A DNA stretch of 64,000 nucleotides from an uncultured Gammaproteobacteria bacterium (GTDB lineage: Bacteria > Patescibacteriota > Microgenomatia > UBA8517), in assembly GCA_964583105.1 (NCBI GenBank), contig CAZOUV010000004.1:2996-66995 (forward strand), written 5' to 3'. The number at the start of each line of letters is the position of its first letter. The stretch's first letter is position 1. A program made the translations under genes and the position numbers. The notes under the pieces were generated by a model. It did no database searches. It was not told where the DNA came from and worked only from the letters and a program-made list of their open reading frames with translations. This document shows positions 51,025-62,073 of this stretch, one piece after another.

Positions 51025-53283
51025 TTACAACTCCCTCTCACTACCTACTATAACATCCTTAACCCGATAAATTGCGTCGGGATTTACCGATATACTTGTT
51101 ATTCCCATTTTTACAAGATTTGCTACAAAATCATCATATTGACTGGGGGCTTGTCCGCATATTGAGACGGTTTTTCCGTATTTGGAACATATCTTTATAA
51201 CTCTTTTTATAGACCAGATGACAGCCTCGCTTCTTTCATCGAAGGCTTTTGAAACTTCTGAATTATCCCTGTCTGTTCCTAAAACCAGCATTGTCAGATC
51301 GTTTGAACCGATTGATACACCATCAATTCCGATTTTAATAAACTCTTCTAACATAATTACATTGACGGGAAGTTCAACCATCATCCAAAACTTAAAAGTG
51401 GATTTTTCAAAAAGTCCGCTTAAGCCAACAAGGCTTCTGACCTTCTTAAGTTCAATGGGTGAACGTACATAGGGAATCATTATATGTAAATTTTCATATT
51501 TCTCTCTCACTTTTTTAACTGCCTCAAGTTCAAGATTGAAAACATCGGGATTCGAAATATACCGAAATGCTCCGCGAAATCCCATAAGAGGATTGGGCTC
51601 TTTGGGCTCCCAGTATTTTCCCCCTTTTAAACTTCTGTATTCGTTTGTTTTAAAATCGGTGGTCCTATATATCACAGGCCGAGGATAAAAGGCTTTAGCA
51701 AAAACCAGAATTTCTTTTGTAAGTTTTTTTATATAAACATCTTGTTTTTTTTGTTTTATTGCCTCTTTAGGATGAATTCCAATACCACCTATCATAAATT
51801 CGGCCCTCAAAAGTCCTACACCGTCAACCGGAAGTTTTGCAATTTTTTCAACATTATCGGATTCAGCAAGATTAATATACAATTTCGTAGCAGTCTTTTT
51901 CTCAAGTAAGCTTAGTGAAGGTGGGGTTTCAGTTTTAGATATGGTTTTTTTTAAACTACCTAAATAAACTTCACCTATTTCTCCGTCGACAGTAACTACC
52001 GTTTTTTCTTTAAGTTTTTGGGTCGCATCTTTGGTTCCCACCACACAAGGAATACCAAGCTCTCGGGAAACTATGGCTGCATGCGATGTAAGACCCCCTT
52101 CATCAGTGATAATTGCGGAAGCCTTTTTCATGGCGGGGACATAATCTGGGGACGTCATTTTAGCTACAAGAACATCACCCTGGGATATTTTATTAATTTC
52201 TTTATTTTTTCTTACAATTTTAACCTCACCGGTACCTATTCCGGGAGATGCTGGTGCACCAATTAATATCGGTGTAACCCCCGTCATTTTGTAGTTTAAC
52301 GGTACTTTGGAAATTAATTTAAGTGTGGTTACAGGTCTTGTTTGTACAATATACAATTTATTCTTCTCTTTAGCCCATTCAATATCCTGCGGGAAATAAT
52401 AGTGTTTTTGCATACTGTCAGCATATTTTGCCAATTTTATAATCTCTTCATCAGATATCTTCTGAACACCCATAAGATTTTGGGGAACTTTTACTTCTTT
52501 AGTTTCAGAGTTCTGCTTAATTAATTGAACGGATTGGTCGGAAACTTCTTTAGAAAGAATCTTAAAAGTATCTTTTTGTACAACGTACCTATCTGGTGTA
52601 ACTGACCCTTGAACAATAAGTTCTCCTAAGCCGTAAACCGATTCAATAATTATTTTATCCTTTTCATTATTTGTGGGATCTATTGAAAACATAACTCCTG
52701 AAACAGTTGATTGAATCATTTTTTGAACAACTACTGAAATTTTTACTTTTTCATGCGGAATTTTATTTTCAACTCTATAAAAAATTGATCTTGCGGTAAA
52801 AAGTGATGCCCAACATCTTTTAATTGCTTCAAAAAGGTTTGCTTCACCCTTAACGTTTAGTATTGTTTCCCCCATTCCCGCAAATGACGTCTTGGGCATA
52901 TCTTCAGCCGTTGCCGAAGTTCGTACGGCAACCAAAGAATATTTTATGAAACCAGACATTTTTTTATAAAGAGAAATTGTTTCCATAATTATTTCCCTAG
53001 GTATTGGTTTAGTTTTAATGATTTTTTGAATTTTTATGGCTACATCAGTTAACCTATCTGAATCAGAAACATTAAGACCCTTAAGAAGTGAGTATATTTC
53101 CGAGGAGATTCTGTTTTCTAACAAAAACATGTCATATGCATGCACTGTTAAGGCAAAACCGTTTGGTACGGGAAAGCCTGAGGAAATCATTTCACCCAAA
53201 TTAGCGCCTTTTCCTCCCACAACAGCCGTATCATCTTTACGAATTTTTGAAAGTGGAAGGACAAGTGGATGAGCAGAATTCAT
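51025..53283 (-). CDS. PEP synthase / pyruvate-phosphate dikinase family enzyme (pyruvate, water dikinase-like)
   Basis: N-terminal PPDK_N ATP-grasp (VVGGKGANLGEM), central swivel His domain (GGLTSHAAIVSRELGIPCVVGT), and C-terminal PEP-utilizers TIM-barrel domain. 752 aa. Confidence 0.8.
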   Translation of the reverse strand: MNSAHPLVLPLSKIRKDDTAVVGGKGANLGEMISSGFPVPNGFALTVHAYDMFLLENRISSEIYSLLKGLNVSDSDRLTDVAIKIQKIIKTKPIPREIIMETISLYKKMSGFIKYSLVAVRTSATAEDMPKTSFAGMGETILNVKGEANLFEAIKRCWASLFTARSIFYRVENKIPHEKVKISVVVQKMIQSTVSGVMFSIDPTNNEKDKIIIESVYGLGELIVQGSVTPDRYVVQKDTFKILSKEVSDQSVQLIKQNSETKEVKVPQNLMGVQKISDEEIIKLAKYADSMQKHYYFPQDIEWAKEKNKLYIVQTRPVTTLKLISKVPLNYKMTGVTPILIGAPASPGIGTGEVKIVRKNKEINKISQGDVLVAKMTSPDYVPAMKKASAIITDEGGLTSHAAIVSRELGIPCVVGTKDATQKLKEKTVVTVDGEIGEVYLGSLKKTISKTETPPSLSLLEKKTATKLYINLAESDNVEKIAKLPVDGVGLLRAEFMIGGIGIHPKEAIKQKKQDVYIKKLTKEILVFAKAFYPRPVIYRTTDFKTNEYRSLKGGKYWEPKEPNPLMGFRGAFRYISNPDVFNLELEAVKKVREKYENLHIMIPYVRSPIELKKVRSLVGLSGLFEKSTFKFWMMVELPVNVIMLEEFIKIGIDGVSIGSNDLTMLVLGTDRDNSEVSKAFDERSEAVIWSIKRVIKICSKYGKTVSICGQAPSQYDDFVANLVKMGITSISVNPDAIYRVKDVIVGSEREL

Positions 53284-53310
53284 ACTTTAATAATAACATA
53301 GAAGCCCAGA

Positions 53311-54342
53311 TCAATGAACTGGCTGGGAAAGAAGGTTTTTAAGTTCATTTATCCACGGTTCCGGTCCGGGATCGACTCCGTCCTGAAAAGATAAATATAA
53401 CCCCAGCCATGCACAAAAGTGGGGTATTTCCAAAACTTGGGTAAGACAAGTCTTTCCCTTAAGCGTGTAAGACGAGTAGCTAAGTTTCTGTTTATCAAAT
53501 ATTTTTTTAGTTATTTCGTATCTTAACTTTATGCGTTCATGGTCAAACTCGCTTTCAAAAAACAAATATTTAATTTTATCTTTAATATAATCAGGTTTTT
53601 GTGTAGCCTCAATTAGAACATGGTTCACTTCTGGAAAATCAAAAAATAACGTAAAAGTTCTTCCTATCTCACAAATCGCGTTTCTTCCTGCGTTTAGCGG
53701 TCCGATAAAAGATTTGGAGGAAAAGAGAACGGGGACTCTTTTCTCAAATTCCTTGGCTAGGTTTTCCATATTCCAGGATTTTCGAATTTCGGCAAGTTCA
53801 TTAAGAGAATCTAATAAATAATCTTTTGTAAAATCCAATACACCCGCCTTGATAAGGGATCCTAATAAGGCTCCAAATGAAAGTCCTAATCCGCTTTTGG
53901 GATAACCGGAAGGATTTGTTTCATTTGCATTGACAATCGCCCCTTTTATTTCACCGCTTTTTATAAGTTCCGCAATTTTTCCTCCTGTAGTAACTCCAAT
54001 TACTTTTGCATTAACTTTTTTTGCCGCCTCATATGCAGAAAGTGTTTCTTCGGTATTGCCAGAATAGCTGTTTAGCACCACAAGGGTATTTTGATTAACC
54101 CAAGAGGGAAGATTGTAATCGTTAAAAACAACAAAGGGCTTATCAAAACTATCTAAAATAAGACTTTCAATAATTTTACCCGCGTTTGAACTTCCACCCA
54201 TTCCGTTTATAACAACTGAATCAAAATCAATCTTTTTAATATTGCTCTGGAGTGCCTGATCAAATGTGGTTTTAATTTGTTCAAAAAAAAGCTCAAGTGA
54301 TTTTTCAATGCCCAAAGAATCAATATTTTGCATATTAATCAT
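53311..54342 (-). CDS. bifunctional phosphoglucose/phosphomannose isomerase (archaeal-type SIS-domain PGI/PMI)
   Basis: Two SIS-like halves. VVINGMGGSSNAGKII resembles the PGI/PMI family phospho-sugar binding loop. 343 aa; adjacent to the phosphohexomutase gene. Confidence 0.65.
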   Translation of the reverse strand: MINMQNIDSLGIEKSLELFFEQIKTTFDQALQSNIKKIDFDSVVINGMGGSSNAGKIIESLILDSFDKPFVVFNDYNLPSWVNQNTLVVLNSYSGNTEETLSAYEAAKKVNAKVIGVTTGGKIAELIKSGEIKGAIVNANETNPSGYPKSGLGLSFGALLGSLIKAGVLDFTKDYLLDSLNELAEIRKSWNMENLAKEFEKRVPVLFSSKSFIGPLNAGRNAICEIGRTFTLFFDFPEVNHVLIEATQKPDYIKDKIKYLFFESEFDHERIKLRYEITKKIFDKQKLSYSSYTLKGKTCLTQVLEIPHFCAWLGLYLSFQDGVDPGPEPWINELKNLLSQPVH

Positions 54343-54343
54343 A

Positions 54344-55774
54344 TCAATTAAAGGAATCCGTATTTACACCCGTTGTCCAATCAATTTCCTTATGAGTTTT
54401 TAATAAATCTCCCACTTGTTTTTTAAGTTCGTCATACTCCTCCTGGGTCTTACCCTCGAACTTTATTGTAACGTATGGTCCATTTTGGCTTGCTCTAATA
54501 ATTGCCATTTTATTTGGAGTGTCCATTCTTACTCCATCAATTTCTACATATTTAGCATCGGGATATATTTTTTTTAATTCAACTCCCAAAGTGTTTTTAA
54601 CGAAATCAAATTTAATATTATCTGCTAAACCGAGTTTAATTTCTGGGCTGGAATAGTATCTGGGAAGTTCAGAAACAACTTGTTTAAGGGTTTTTCCCAC
54701 TCGTTTAAGATAATTTAATAATCGTAAACTTGCATAAGCACAATCATCGTGCCCGTAGAAATTGTCCATAAAGAAAAAGTGTCCTGATAGCTCTCCTCCA
54801 AAAAGTCCTCTTTCTTCCTTCAATTTGGATTTAATAAACGAGTGGCCTGTCAACCACATTACCGGAATTCCACTATTTTGTTTAATAACATCAATTACCT
54901 GTTTTGAGCAGAGAGTGTTAAATATAATTTTTGAATTTGGTACAAAATCCAAAACGTCTTTGGCAAAAATTGAAACCAAAACGTCATTCCAAATAAAATT
55001 TCCTTCTTCGTCGACAATTCCAATTCTGTCTCCGTCAGGATCATAGCAAAACCCTAAATCTGCTTTTTCTTTTTTAACACCTTCTGCCAGTCTTTTAAGA
55101 TATTCTTTTTCTGTAGGATCGGGAGTACCTAAAGGAAAGTTGCCATCTAAATTTGTATTCTGCTCGACAACTTCACAGCCTGCCTCTCTTAAAATGTCTG
55201 GAAGAAATTTTCCTGATGTACAATTTCCTCCATCTACTACAATTTTAAAATTTAGTTTATCCGGCAACCTTTTAAAAAGATCCTTTTTATAATAGTCGAA
55301 AATTTCTTCTCTCTTAAGTAAACCTTTTGTTGTGGGCTTAACAAACTCACCACTTTTGGCAATACTTTTAAGTTCTTCAATTTCTTCTGTAACCATTGTG
55401 TCGGAAAAACCAACCGCTAATTTAAAACCGTTATATTCTTTGGGGTTATGTGAAGCACTTACATTGACCCCCCCTTTTGATTGATAATGGTATTGTGCAA
55501 AATACATAAAAAATACAAGTCCCAAACCATTATCCATAACATTAATTCCAGAGTCCAACAAGCCTTCCGTAATTGCTTTCTTTATGGAATCCGAGGATAT
55601 TCTATTGTCGCAAGTGACAACGGCTTCATTTATTCTTCTTTGACTTAAAAATGTACCGTAGGCTCGACCTATCACGTAAGCCCCTTCTTCATTAAGTTCA
55701 TCGGGTACTTTTCCTCTAATATCATAGCCTCTAAAGATGTTGTCCGAAAACTTTGCGTTTTTAATATCGTACAT
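54344..55774 (-). CDS. phosphoglucomutase/phosphomannomutase (alpha-D-phosphohexomutase)
   Basis: Active-site loop SASHNP (phospho-Ser), Mg loop CYDPDGDRIGIVD, sugar-binding GGELSGH. 476 aa. Confidence 0.85.
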   Translation of the reverse strand: MYDIKNAKFSDNIFRGYDIRGKVPDELNEEGAYVIGRAYGTFLSQRRINEAVVTCDNRISSDSIKKAITEGLLDSGINVMDNGLGLVFFMYFAQYHYQSKGGVNVSASHNPKEYNGFKLAVGFSDTMVTEEIEELKSIAKSGEFVKPTTKGLLKREEIFDYYKKDLFKRLPDKLNFKIVVDGGNCTSGKFLPDILREAGCEVVEQNTNLDGNFPLGTPDPTEKEYLKRLAEGVKKEKADLGFCYDPDGDRIGIVDEEGNFIWNDVLVSIFAKDVLDFVPNSKIIFNTLCSKQVIDVIKQNSGIPVMWLTGHSFIKSKLKEERGLFGGELSGHFFFMDNFYGHDDCAYASLRLLNYLKRVGKTLKQVVSELPRYYSSPEIKLGLADNIKFDFVKNTLGVELKKIYPDAKYVEIDGVRMDTPNKMAIIRASQNGPYVTIKFEGKTQEEYDELKKQVGDLLKTHKEIDWTTGVNTDSFN

Positions 55775-55782
55775 CGTTATGT

Positions 55783-56400
55783 TTATTCTAACTTTGAAAT
55801 AAGTAGTAAATCAAGCTCCGAAATCAAATCCGACTTAGAAGTTTTTACTTTTATGTCAATTTCTGCAAGTTTACTTATTATTTCTTTTAAACTTTCCCGA
55901 GAATATTCCTGCGCTTGTCTTTTTAACCTTGCTATCTGCCAGGGTTGATAAGGTAAGGTATTTTCCGAAATTTTTACCCAATAAAGGTCTCTAAAGCGTT
56001 TGCAGAGAACGGAAAAAACAAATTCAATGGGCTCTGACTTAATTACTTCATGGAGATATTTAACGGAGATGTTATCCAAAAAGTTCCAGATTATTTTAGG
56101 TAACTTAAATTCCTCGATTTTTGTGTCTTTGGGAAGTTCTATTAAAAACATTTGAGGAATATTTCCTTCGTTATAGATGACCATTGTCCCCGGAACTTTT
56201 GAAATATTGGAAATATCTTTTTTGGAAAGCAAATTATATTTCCTTATTATTGTCAGCCTTTGAATATTAAATAAAGATGGTGTTTGGGAAATTTCATCGT
56301 TTGATATTTCCCAGCCTCTTTTTTTTGCTATTTCAATAAATTTATTAAGCCTTTCGTATAATTTTGTAGTGTAATCGCCATGTAAAACTATTATTTTCAT
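55783..56400 (-). CDS. DNA polymerase III delta-subunit-like (HolA-like) protein, short
   Basis: 205 aa. N-terminal MKIIVLHGD...(clamp-loader delta N-domain-like) and a C-terminal helical region. Weak, composition-level similarity only. Confidence 0.3.
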   Translation of the reverse strand: MKIIVLHGDYTTKLYERLNKFIEIAKKRGWEISNDEISQTPSLFNIQRLTIIRKYNLLSKKDISNISKVPGTMVIYNEGNIPQMFLIELPKDTKIEEFKLPKIIWNFLDNISVKYLHEVIKSEPIEFVFSVLCKRFRDLYWVKISENTLPYQPWQIARLKRQAQEYSRESLKEIISKLAEIDIKVKTSKSDLISELDLLLISKLE

Positions 56401-56402
56401 TT

Positions 56403-56819
56403 TTAATTGTTATTTAACTTTTTTATAAGATTGTTTACTTTTGTATAAAAATTTCTTTTTCCCCGTCTGATATGTGGAACCAAACTTCCGGAAAAATTTT
56501 TAGGTATGTGGGTTACTTCATGAAGAAGAACCTTGCTTTTTTCATGCTCGGAAAGTCTGTCGTATCTTTCCGAAATTACTTCTAAAATATATGCAGGATC
56601 CTCTTTTAGCACCTGTTGCCATATTCTTGAAAGTCCCCATATTCTTGCATATGCCCTGGTTTTTGCGTTTATAGAGCGAAGGGTGAATATTCTTGGAGTT
56701 TTAATCCAATCAACATCAGCTTCTTTTATCACTTTTTTGAGGAGTTTGTTTAATTTTGGATCGTATGACCAAGCAACGGCTTCAGCTCTTTTCATCTTTA
56801 GTATCTTATCACGGAACAC
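56403..56819 (-). CDS. DUF45/YgjP-like predicted zinc metallopeptidase (HExxH)
   Basis: LLHEVTHIPKNFSGSLVPH contains the HExxH...H arrangement of YgjP/WLM-like hydrolases. 138 aa. Confidence 0.45.
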   Translation of the reverse strand: MFRDKILKMKRAEAVAWSYDPKLNKLLKKVIKEADVDWIKTPRIFTLRSINAKTRAYARIWGLSRIWQQVLKEDPAYILEVISERYDRLSEHEKSKVLLHEVTHIPKNFSGSLVPHIRRGKRNFYTKVNNLIKKLNNN

Positions 56820-56845
56820 GCTTTTCTATCCTACTTTTGAAATAA

Positions 56846-57115
56846 TTAGAGCTTAAACAACTCCGTTCCTTCCTTAATCGCTTTTTCTACCTTTAAACCC
56901 ACCACCTCTCCTTTCGATGCTGATTCCTTCTTTTCGTGTTCTATTTGAATCGAATCAACGTTTTGCTCAAATACATCTTCTCCTCCCCTTACGAATTTAA
57001 TTTTATCCCCCACCGCAAGATCGGCGGCAAGCTCCACAATTGCCACCTGAATTTTGTCGTAGTAGTGTATCACTTTTCCAATTTTAAACATTTTTCTCAC
57101 CTTCTTTCTTTGCAT
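56846..57115 (-). CDS. hypothetical small beta-barrel-like protein
   Basis: 89 aa (...GKVIHYYDKIQVAIVEL...GDKIKF...GEVVGLKV...). No confident family. Confidence 0.3.
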   Translation of the reverse strand: MQRKKVRKMFKIGKVIHYYDKIQVAIVELAADLAVGDKIKFVRGGEDVFEQNVDSIQIEHEKKESASKGEVVGLKVEKAIKEGTELFKL

Positions 57116-57584
57116 GTGTCAAGGCTATGGCCAAAGCATCAGCCGCATTGTCAAAATGCGTTTTTTTATGTGCCTTACTCTTAACTTGATTTCCCAATAT
57201 CTTTCGTATTGCTTGTTGAACGGCCTTTTTGTTTGACTTACCACTGCCTGTAATAATCTTTTTAATTGTTCCGGGAGCATAACTTTCAATTTTAATTTTA
57301 TACCTTGATGCTGCCAATAACATTACACCTTGAGCCTGTCCCACGGAAATAACTGTTTTTGCATTTGTGGCAAAAAAAATCTTTTCGAAAACAAAAACGT
57401 CTGGAGACAATTTTTTTAACAGCTGTGATGTTTCTTTAAATATTTTATTTAACCTGTCCTCCGTCTTGGAATCTTTGGCCGTTTCAATAAGACCCCATTC
57501 AATAACTTTATTATCGCTACCTATTGATTCAATAAACCCATAACCCGTTGTTGCCGTTCCCGGATCAATTCCCAATATCCTCAT
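57084..57584 (-). CDS. ruvC: crossover junction endodeoxyribonuclease RuvC
   Basis: MRILGIDPGTATTGYGFIE (catalytic Asp in an RNase-H fold) and conserved downstream acidic residues. 166 aa. Confidence 0.85.
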   Translation of the reverse strand: MRILGIDPGTATTGYGFIESIGSDNKVIEWGLIETAKDSKTEDRLNKIFKETSQLLKKLSPDVFVFEKIFFATNAKTVISVGQAQGVMLLAASRYKIKIESYAPGTIKKIITGSGKSNKKAVQQAIRKILGNQVKSKAHKKTHFDNAADALAIALTHAKKEGEKNV

Positions 57585-57599
57585 TAACTTAAGTATAGC

Positions 57600-58235
57600 T
57601 TAGAGCTTTATGAAGTAAAGAATTTTTGCTTTTGTTTTAAGATCGGAGATCCATTCAGTATATTCCTGAGAAAGTTTTTGTTGAAAAAGTTGTTCTTTAA
57701 CCTCACTTTTTACCTTATCGAATATGGGATTTGTACCAAATAAAGATTTATTTGAAGTAAAGTAATCTTTTAATTCCTGATCAGTAATTGTTATTTTAGG
57801 ACCAAGTACTTTTTCAACGATTATCTGTATTTTTATTTGCTCAACAAGATTTTTCCTGGTTTGATTTCTAAAAGAAAGTGCCTCATCCAAGGTAAGTCCT
57901 TGTGCTTTAATCAGCTCTTCGATACGAGCGATTTCCACATCAATATCTGCCTGTGTAACCTTAATCTTGTTTGTAGAAGCCTCTTCGTATATCAGACTTT
58001 TTTCGATAAGGCTATCCAAAATCTGCTGACCTCCCTGTTTTTCCAATTCTTTAGTAAGGGAACGTCTGAAAACCGGTTTACCGTTTACCCAAGCGGCAAA
58101 AATCTGAGAGCGTAAAAGAAAAAGTATTAATATTACGGTTAAGGGAAGAAAAATGCTTAATATAATTTTTCTAGTAAATATTTTCTTACTAATTTTCTTT
58201 AAACTTATCAGAATCTTATTTATTTTTTTCTTCAT
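57600..58235 (-). CDS. membrane-anchored SurA-N-terminal-domain (PpiD/PrsA-like chaperone) protein
   Basis: N-terminal TM helix then AAWVNGKPVFRRSLTKELEKQ...; helical chaperone-domain pattern without a PPIase domain. Confidence 0.45.
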   Translation of the reverse strand: MKKKINKILISLKKISKKIFTRKIILSIFLPLTVILILFLLRSQIFAAWVNGKPVFRRSLTKELEKQGGQQILDSLIEKSLIYEEASTNKIKVTQADIDVEIARIEELIKAQGLTLDEALSFRNQTRKNLVEQIKIQIIVEKVLGPKITITDQELKDYFTSNKSLFGTNPIFDKVKSEVKEQLFQQKLSQEYTEWISDLKTKAKILYFIKL

Positions 58236-58584
58236 GTTTATTTATAACACGTCTAGATGCTCTTGAATAGATCTTTTCAATCTCTCTGGGGTTTTTGGTT
58301 CTTAAATAAAATAGTTTGCCGTGTTTAACACCAGAAGTTCCATGTTTAATTACCTTAATGTCATCTAAGGTGGGAAGGTTTAAGGGGAAAATCCTTTCTA
58401 TGCCAATTTTCTGTTCACCAATTCTCCTTACAATAAACGAAGGATTTTGCCCGGATTTGATCGATATCACAATACCTTCAAAAATTGCTGATCGGTTTTT
58501 GCCAGATTCAACAATTTTTTGAGTTACCCGGACACGGTCTCCTACACCAAAGGTGATATCTTTATGTTGGGTAAATAGTGGCAT
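58216..58584 (-). CDS. rplS: 50S ribosomal protein L19
   Basis: GDRVRVTQKIVESGKNRSAIFEGIVISIK...FIVRRIGEQKIGIERIFPLNLP...KLFYLR matches the L19 pattern. Confidence 0.85.
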   Translation of the reverse strand: MPLFTQHKDITFGVGDRVRVTQKIVESGKNRSAIFEGIVISIKSGQNPSFIVRRIGEQKIGIERIFPLNLPTLDDIKVIKHGTSGVKHGKLFYLRTKNPREIEKIYSRASRRVINKHEEKNK

Positions 58585-58614
58585 AACTTGGTTATTTTAC
58601 ACAGAATTACTCTT

Positions 58615-61600
58615 TTATTCAAGAATCTCCGAAATAGTGTCTCTCAATGACTTGTTTAAATTAACCTTCAGAAAAAGGGGTATTTTTTTATTGTTACCGT
58701 CAAAACAAAGGACAACATTCTTGTTTCCGGGATTTTTCATAAGAAACTCTCTTAAACTTTTTAGCTTTTCCGGAGTTGTTGATCTGGGAATTTTAATAGA
58801 AAAGGTATCTTCTAAACTCTCTGTGCTTTTAACATCAACAGATTCAACAATCAAAGTGGGAGTATCTCCCCTTGTCCCAAGTTTGGCACTTATTAGTACC
58901 GGCTTATTATCAAGCCAGAGGTTTTTGGTAAGTTTGTAGATTTTTGGGAAAACCACCAGTTCAATCTGACCTGTGGGATCTTCTATTTTAACAAAAGCCA
59001 TCTCAGAACCGTTTTTGGTAATTATTGTTCTTACTTCTCTTACAACACCTGCAACTTTAATATTATCGGAGTGCAATATTTCAAAAGATATTTCGTTAAT
59101 TTTGTGAGTAGCCTTTAAATCCAAAGAGCCAATAATTTCGGATACGGGTTTTCCTGAAAGGCTAAATCCCAATAACTCTCTTTCAAAAGTTTCGATTTCT
59201 TCGTCAGAAAATTCATTTAAAATTGAAATAAAACCTGAAATTTTTTTAAGATTTTCATCATTTTTGGTTGGGCCAAAAAGGTCTTGTTGCCCCTTTAAAC
59301 CAATATTTTTGGATATTTTTGAACGTATTTCCTCCATTTTTGAAAGTAGGGATGCACGATTTCCAAACATTGAGAAAGCGCCAACTTTAATCAGACTTTC
59401 AAGAACTTTTTTGTTTACTTTCCTTCCATCTACTTTAAAAATAAAATCTGAAAAAGATGTAAAAATTCCTTTGTTTCTTGCCTCTAATATGGCCTCTATT
59501 GCAGCTTTACCAACATTTTTGACTCCACCGAGACCAAATCTTATAGCCCTTCCAGTTAATGAGTTATTTTCACTTACAATAGTAAAACCAAAATCCGATT
59601 CATTTATATCGGGAGCTAATACCTTTATTTTCATACGTCTGCATTCCGATACAGCCTGTGAAATTTTATCAGTATCTCCTTCTTCTGCACTAAAAAGTGC
59701 TGTCATATATTCAACAGGATAATTAGCTTTCATAAATGCGGTTTGATAAGCGACTATGCCATAAGAAGCTGCATGGGCCTTATTAAATCCATATGACTGA
59801 AATGGTTCAAATAGCCGCCAAAGGTTTTCTGCAAACCCTTCAGTCTGTCCGTTTTTAACGATACCATCAACAAACTTTTGTTTTTGTGCAGCCATCTCTT
59901 CTGGTATCTTTTTACCAACGGCTTTTCTGAACTTATCAGCTTCTTCCCAAGAGTAACCTGCTAAATCCAAGGCACAAAATAATAAATCGTCCTGATAAAC
60001 CATTAACCCGAAAGAGGCTCCTAAAAATTTTTCCATTCTCGGATCCAAGTATTTGACTAATTTTGTGTTATGTTTTCTCCTTATATATTCCGGTATCTGA
60101 GAGATGGGACCAGGCCTATAGAGAGCAACCATTGCCATCAGATCTTCAACTCTAGTCGGTTTAAGTTCTTTAAGGTATTTTGTCATTCCGCTTCCTCCTA
60201 ATTGAAAAACACCCATCGTTTCACCTCTTGCAAGCATGGAGAATGTTTTTTTATCGTCAAAAGGAATATTTCTTAAATCAACTCTTTTACCTGTAAGTTT
60301 CTCTACAATATCTACGGAAGAACCTAAAATTGATAAGTTTCTAATTCCTAAAATATCGAATTTTATAAGTCCGACGTCCTCACAAGCATGCATTTCGTAT
60401 TGAGTAATTACCTTTTCACCAGAAGGCTCCTTTTGTATTGGTGTAAAATCTGTAAGTTTTCCTGGAGAAACCACAACACCTGCTGCATGAACGGAAATAT
60501 GACGCACATTTCCTTCAACCTGTTTGGCTAAATCAATAATAATTTTTGTATCCTGATCAGAATCATAGAGTGTTTTTAGTTCAGGTGTTTCAGATAGGGC
60601 CTTTTCTATGGTCATTGGAAAACCCTGCGAACCCATTGGAATTATTTTTGAAATTTTATCTCCTACTGAATAAGGGTATCCCAAAACCCTAGCAATATCC
60701 CTTACCGATCCTCTTGCTAACATTCTTCCAAAAGTACATATTTGAGCAACACTATCATGCCCGTATTTTTGCGATATATAAGTTATAATTTCCTCTCTCC
60801 TATTATCTGCAACATCCAGATCAATATCTGGAGGAGACGGTCTAAACGGATTTAAAAATCTTTCGAAAGGAAGATAATACGTTAGGGGATTAACCGTTGT
60901 TATTCCCAATACGAATGAAACAAGACTTCCTGCGGCAGAACCTCGGGTATTTGTAATAATACCTTTTTCGTTAGCCCAATTCACCATATCCATAACAATC
61001 AAAAAATAAGGTGCGTATCCTTTTTGACAAATAATTTCAAGTTCATGTTCTAGTCTCTGAGAAACCTCTTTTGAAATATTAGGAACTTTTTCTTTGAGTT
61101 TTTGGTGTGATAAATCTCTTAGAAAAACATCGGGGGTTTTACCGCTTGGTAAATCAAACGTGGGGAAAAACCATTTTCCTAAAGAAATTTCTATGGCACA
61201 CTTGCCTGCAATTTTCAAAGTATTTTCCAAAGAATCCGGAAGATCTTTAAAGGTTTCGTACATTTCATCAGGGGTTTTAATATAAAAATCGGGTGTGTCA
61301 ATATAACGCATTCTGTTTGTATCTGAAATGGTTTTTCCTGTAGATATACAAACAAGGGCGTCCTGTGCTTTAGCATCTTCTTTACGTATATAATGAGCGT
61401 CATTTGTTGCTACAAGAGGAATTCCTAAATCTCTGCTTAATTTAATAATCCCTTTTTCAGCCTTTATTAATCCTTCGTTGACAGCAACTAACGATCTTCT
61501 TATTTCATTATTATCCGTTTCATCGATCCATTTTTTATAATTGTGGCGTTGAATTTCAAGATAATAATCGTCAGAAAATATCTTAATAAACCACTCTGCG

Positions 61601-62073
61601 GTTTTTTTAGCTCCTTTATAATCGTCCGCTATGAAATATTGACCTATCTCTCCCAAGGGACATGCGGATAAGCAAATAAGACCTTTGGAATATTGTTCCA
61701 AAGTTTCTCTATCAAATCTAGGTTTATAATAATAACCCTCTAAATGTGCAAGTGAGGTTAACTTCATCAAATTTTTATAACCTTCATTGTTTTTAGCCAA
61801 AAGAACAAGATGGAAATTTTGAGTTTTACCCTTTTCACTTTTTTCCCGCATACTACCTGAGGTCATATATCCTTCAAGTCCAATAATCGGTTTAATATCC
61901 TGTTTTTTTGCTTCTTTGTAAAAATCTATAACCCCATACATTGCACCGTGATCTGTTATCGAAACGGCGTCCATGCCGTTTTCTTTAACAAATGAAATTA
62001 ATGAGGGTGTGTTCGATAATCCATCTAAAAGAGAATACTCTGTGTGAACATGAAGGTGAACAAACTTATTCAT
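58615..62073 (-). CDS. dnaE: DNA polymerase III alpha subunit
   Basis: N-terminal PHP domain ([15 protein letters not shown]), polymerase palm/fingers core, and a C-terminal OB region. 1152 aa. Confidence 0.95.
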   Translation of the reverse strand: MNKFVHLHVHTEYSLLDGLSNTPSLISFVKENGMDAVSITDHGAMYGVIDFYKEAKKQDIKPIIGLEGYMTSGSMREKSEKGKTQNFHLVLLAKNNEGYKNLMKLTSLAHLEGYYYKPRFDRETLEQYSKGLICLSACPLGEIGQYFIADDYKGAKKTAEWFIKIFSDDYYLEIQRHNYKKWIDETDNNEIRRSLVAVNEGLIKAEKGIIKLSRDLGIPLVATNDAHYIRKEDAKAQDALVCISTGKTISDTNRMRYIDTPDFYIKTPDEMYETFKDLPDSLENTLKIAGKCAIEISLGKWFFPTFDLPSGKTPDVFLRDLSHQKLKEKVPNISKEVSQRLEHELEIICQKGYAPYFLIVMDMVNWANEKGIITNTRGSAAGSLVSFVLGITTVNPLTYYLPFERFLNPFRPSPPDIDLDVADNRREEIITYISQKYGHDSVAQICTFGRMLARGSVRDIARVLGYPYSVGDKISKIIPMGSQGFPMTIEKALSETPELKTLYDSDQDTKIIIDLAKQVEGNVRHISVHAAGVVVSPGKLTDFTPIQKEPSGEKVITQYEMHACEDVGLIKFDILGIRNLSILGSSVDIVEKLTGKRVDLRNIPFDDKKTFSMLARGETMGVFQLGGSGMTKYLKELKPTRVEDLMAMVALYRPGPISQIPEYIRRKHNTKLVKYLDPRMEKFLGASFGLMVYQDDLLFCALDLAGYSWEEADKFRKAVGKKIPEEMAAQKQKFVDGIVKNGQTEGFAENLWRLFEPFQSYGFNKAHAASYGIVAYQTAFMKANYPVEYMTALFSAEEGDTDKISQAVSECRRMKIKVLAPDINESDFGFTIVSENNSLTGRAIRFGLGGVKNVGKAAIEAILEARNKGIFTSFSDFIFKVDGRKVNKKVLESLIKVGAFSMFGNRASLLSKMEEIRSKISKNIGLKGQQDLFGPTKNDENLKKISGFISILNEFSDEEIETFERELLGFSLSGKPVSEIIGSLDLKATHKINEISFEILHSDNIKVAGVVREVRTIITKNGSEMAFVKIEDPTGQIELVVFPKIYKLTKNLWLDNKPVLISAKLGTRGDTPTLIVESVDVKSTESLEDTFSIKIPRSTTPEKLKSLREFLMKNPGNKNVVLCFDGNNKKIPLFLKVNLNKSLRDTISEILE

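Noticed and set aside
51182-59722. Plus-strand ORFs inside the ppsA-like gene, phosphohexomutase, DUF45, rplS and dnaE (e.g. 51182..51472, 52018..52524, 53036..53272, 54762..55046, 56533..56856, 57837..58115, 58316..58939, 59264..59722)
   Set aside because: Antisense to well-supported genes. The window is otherwise uniformly minus-strand coding here.
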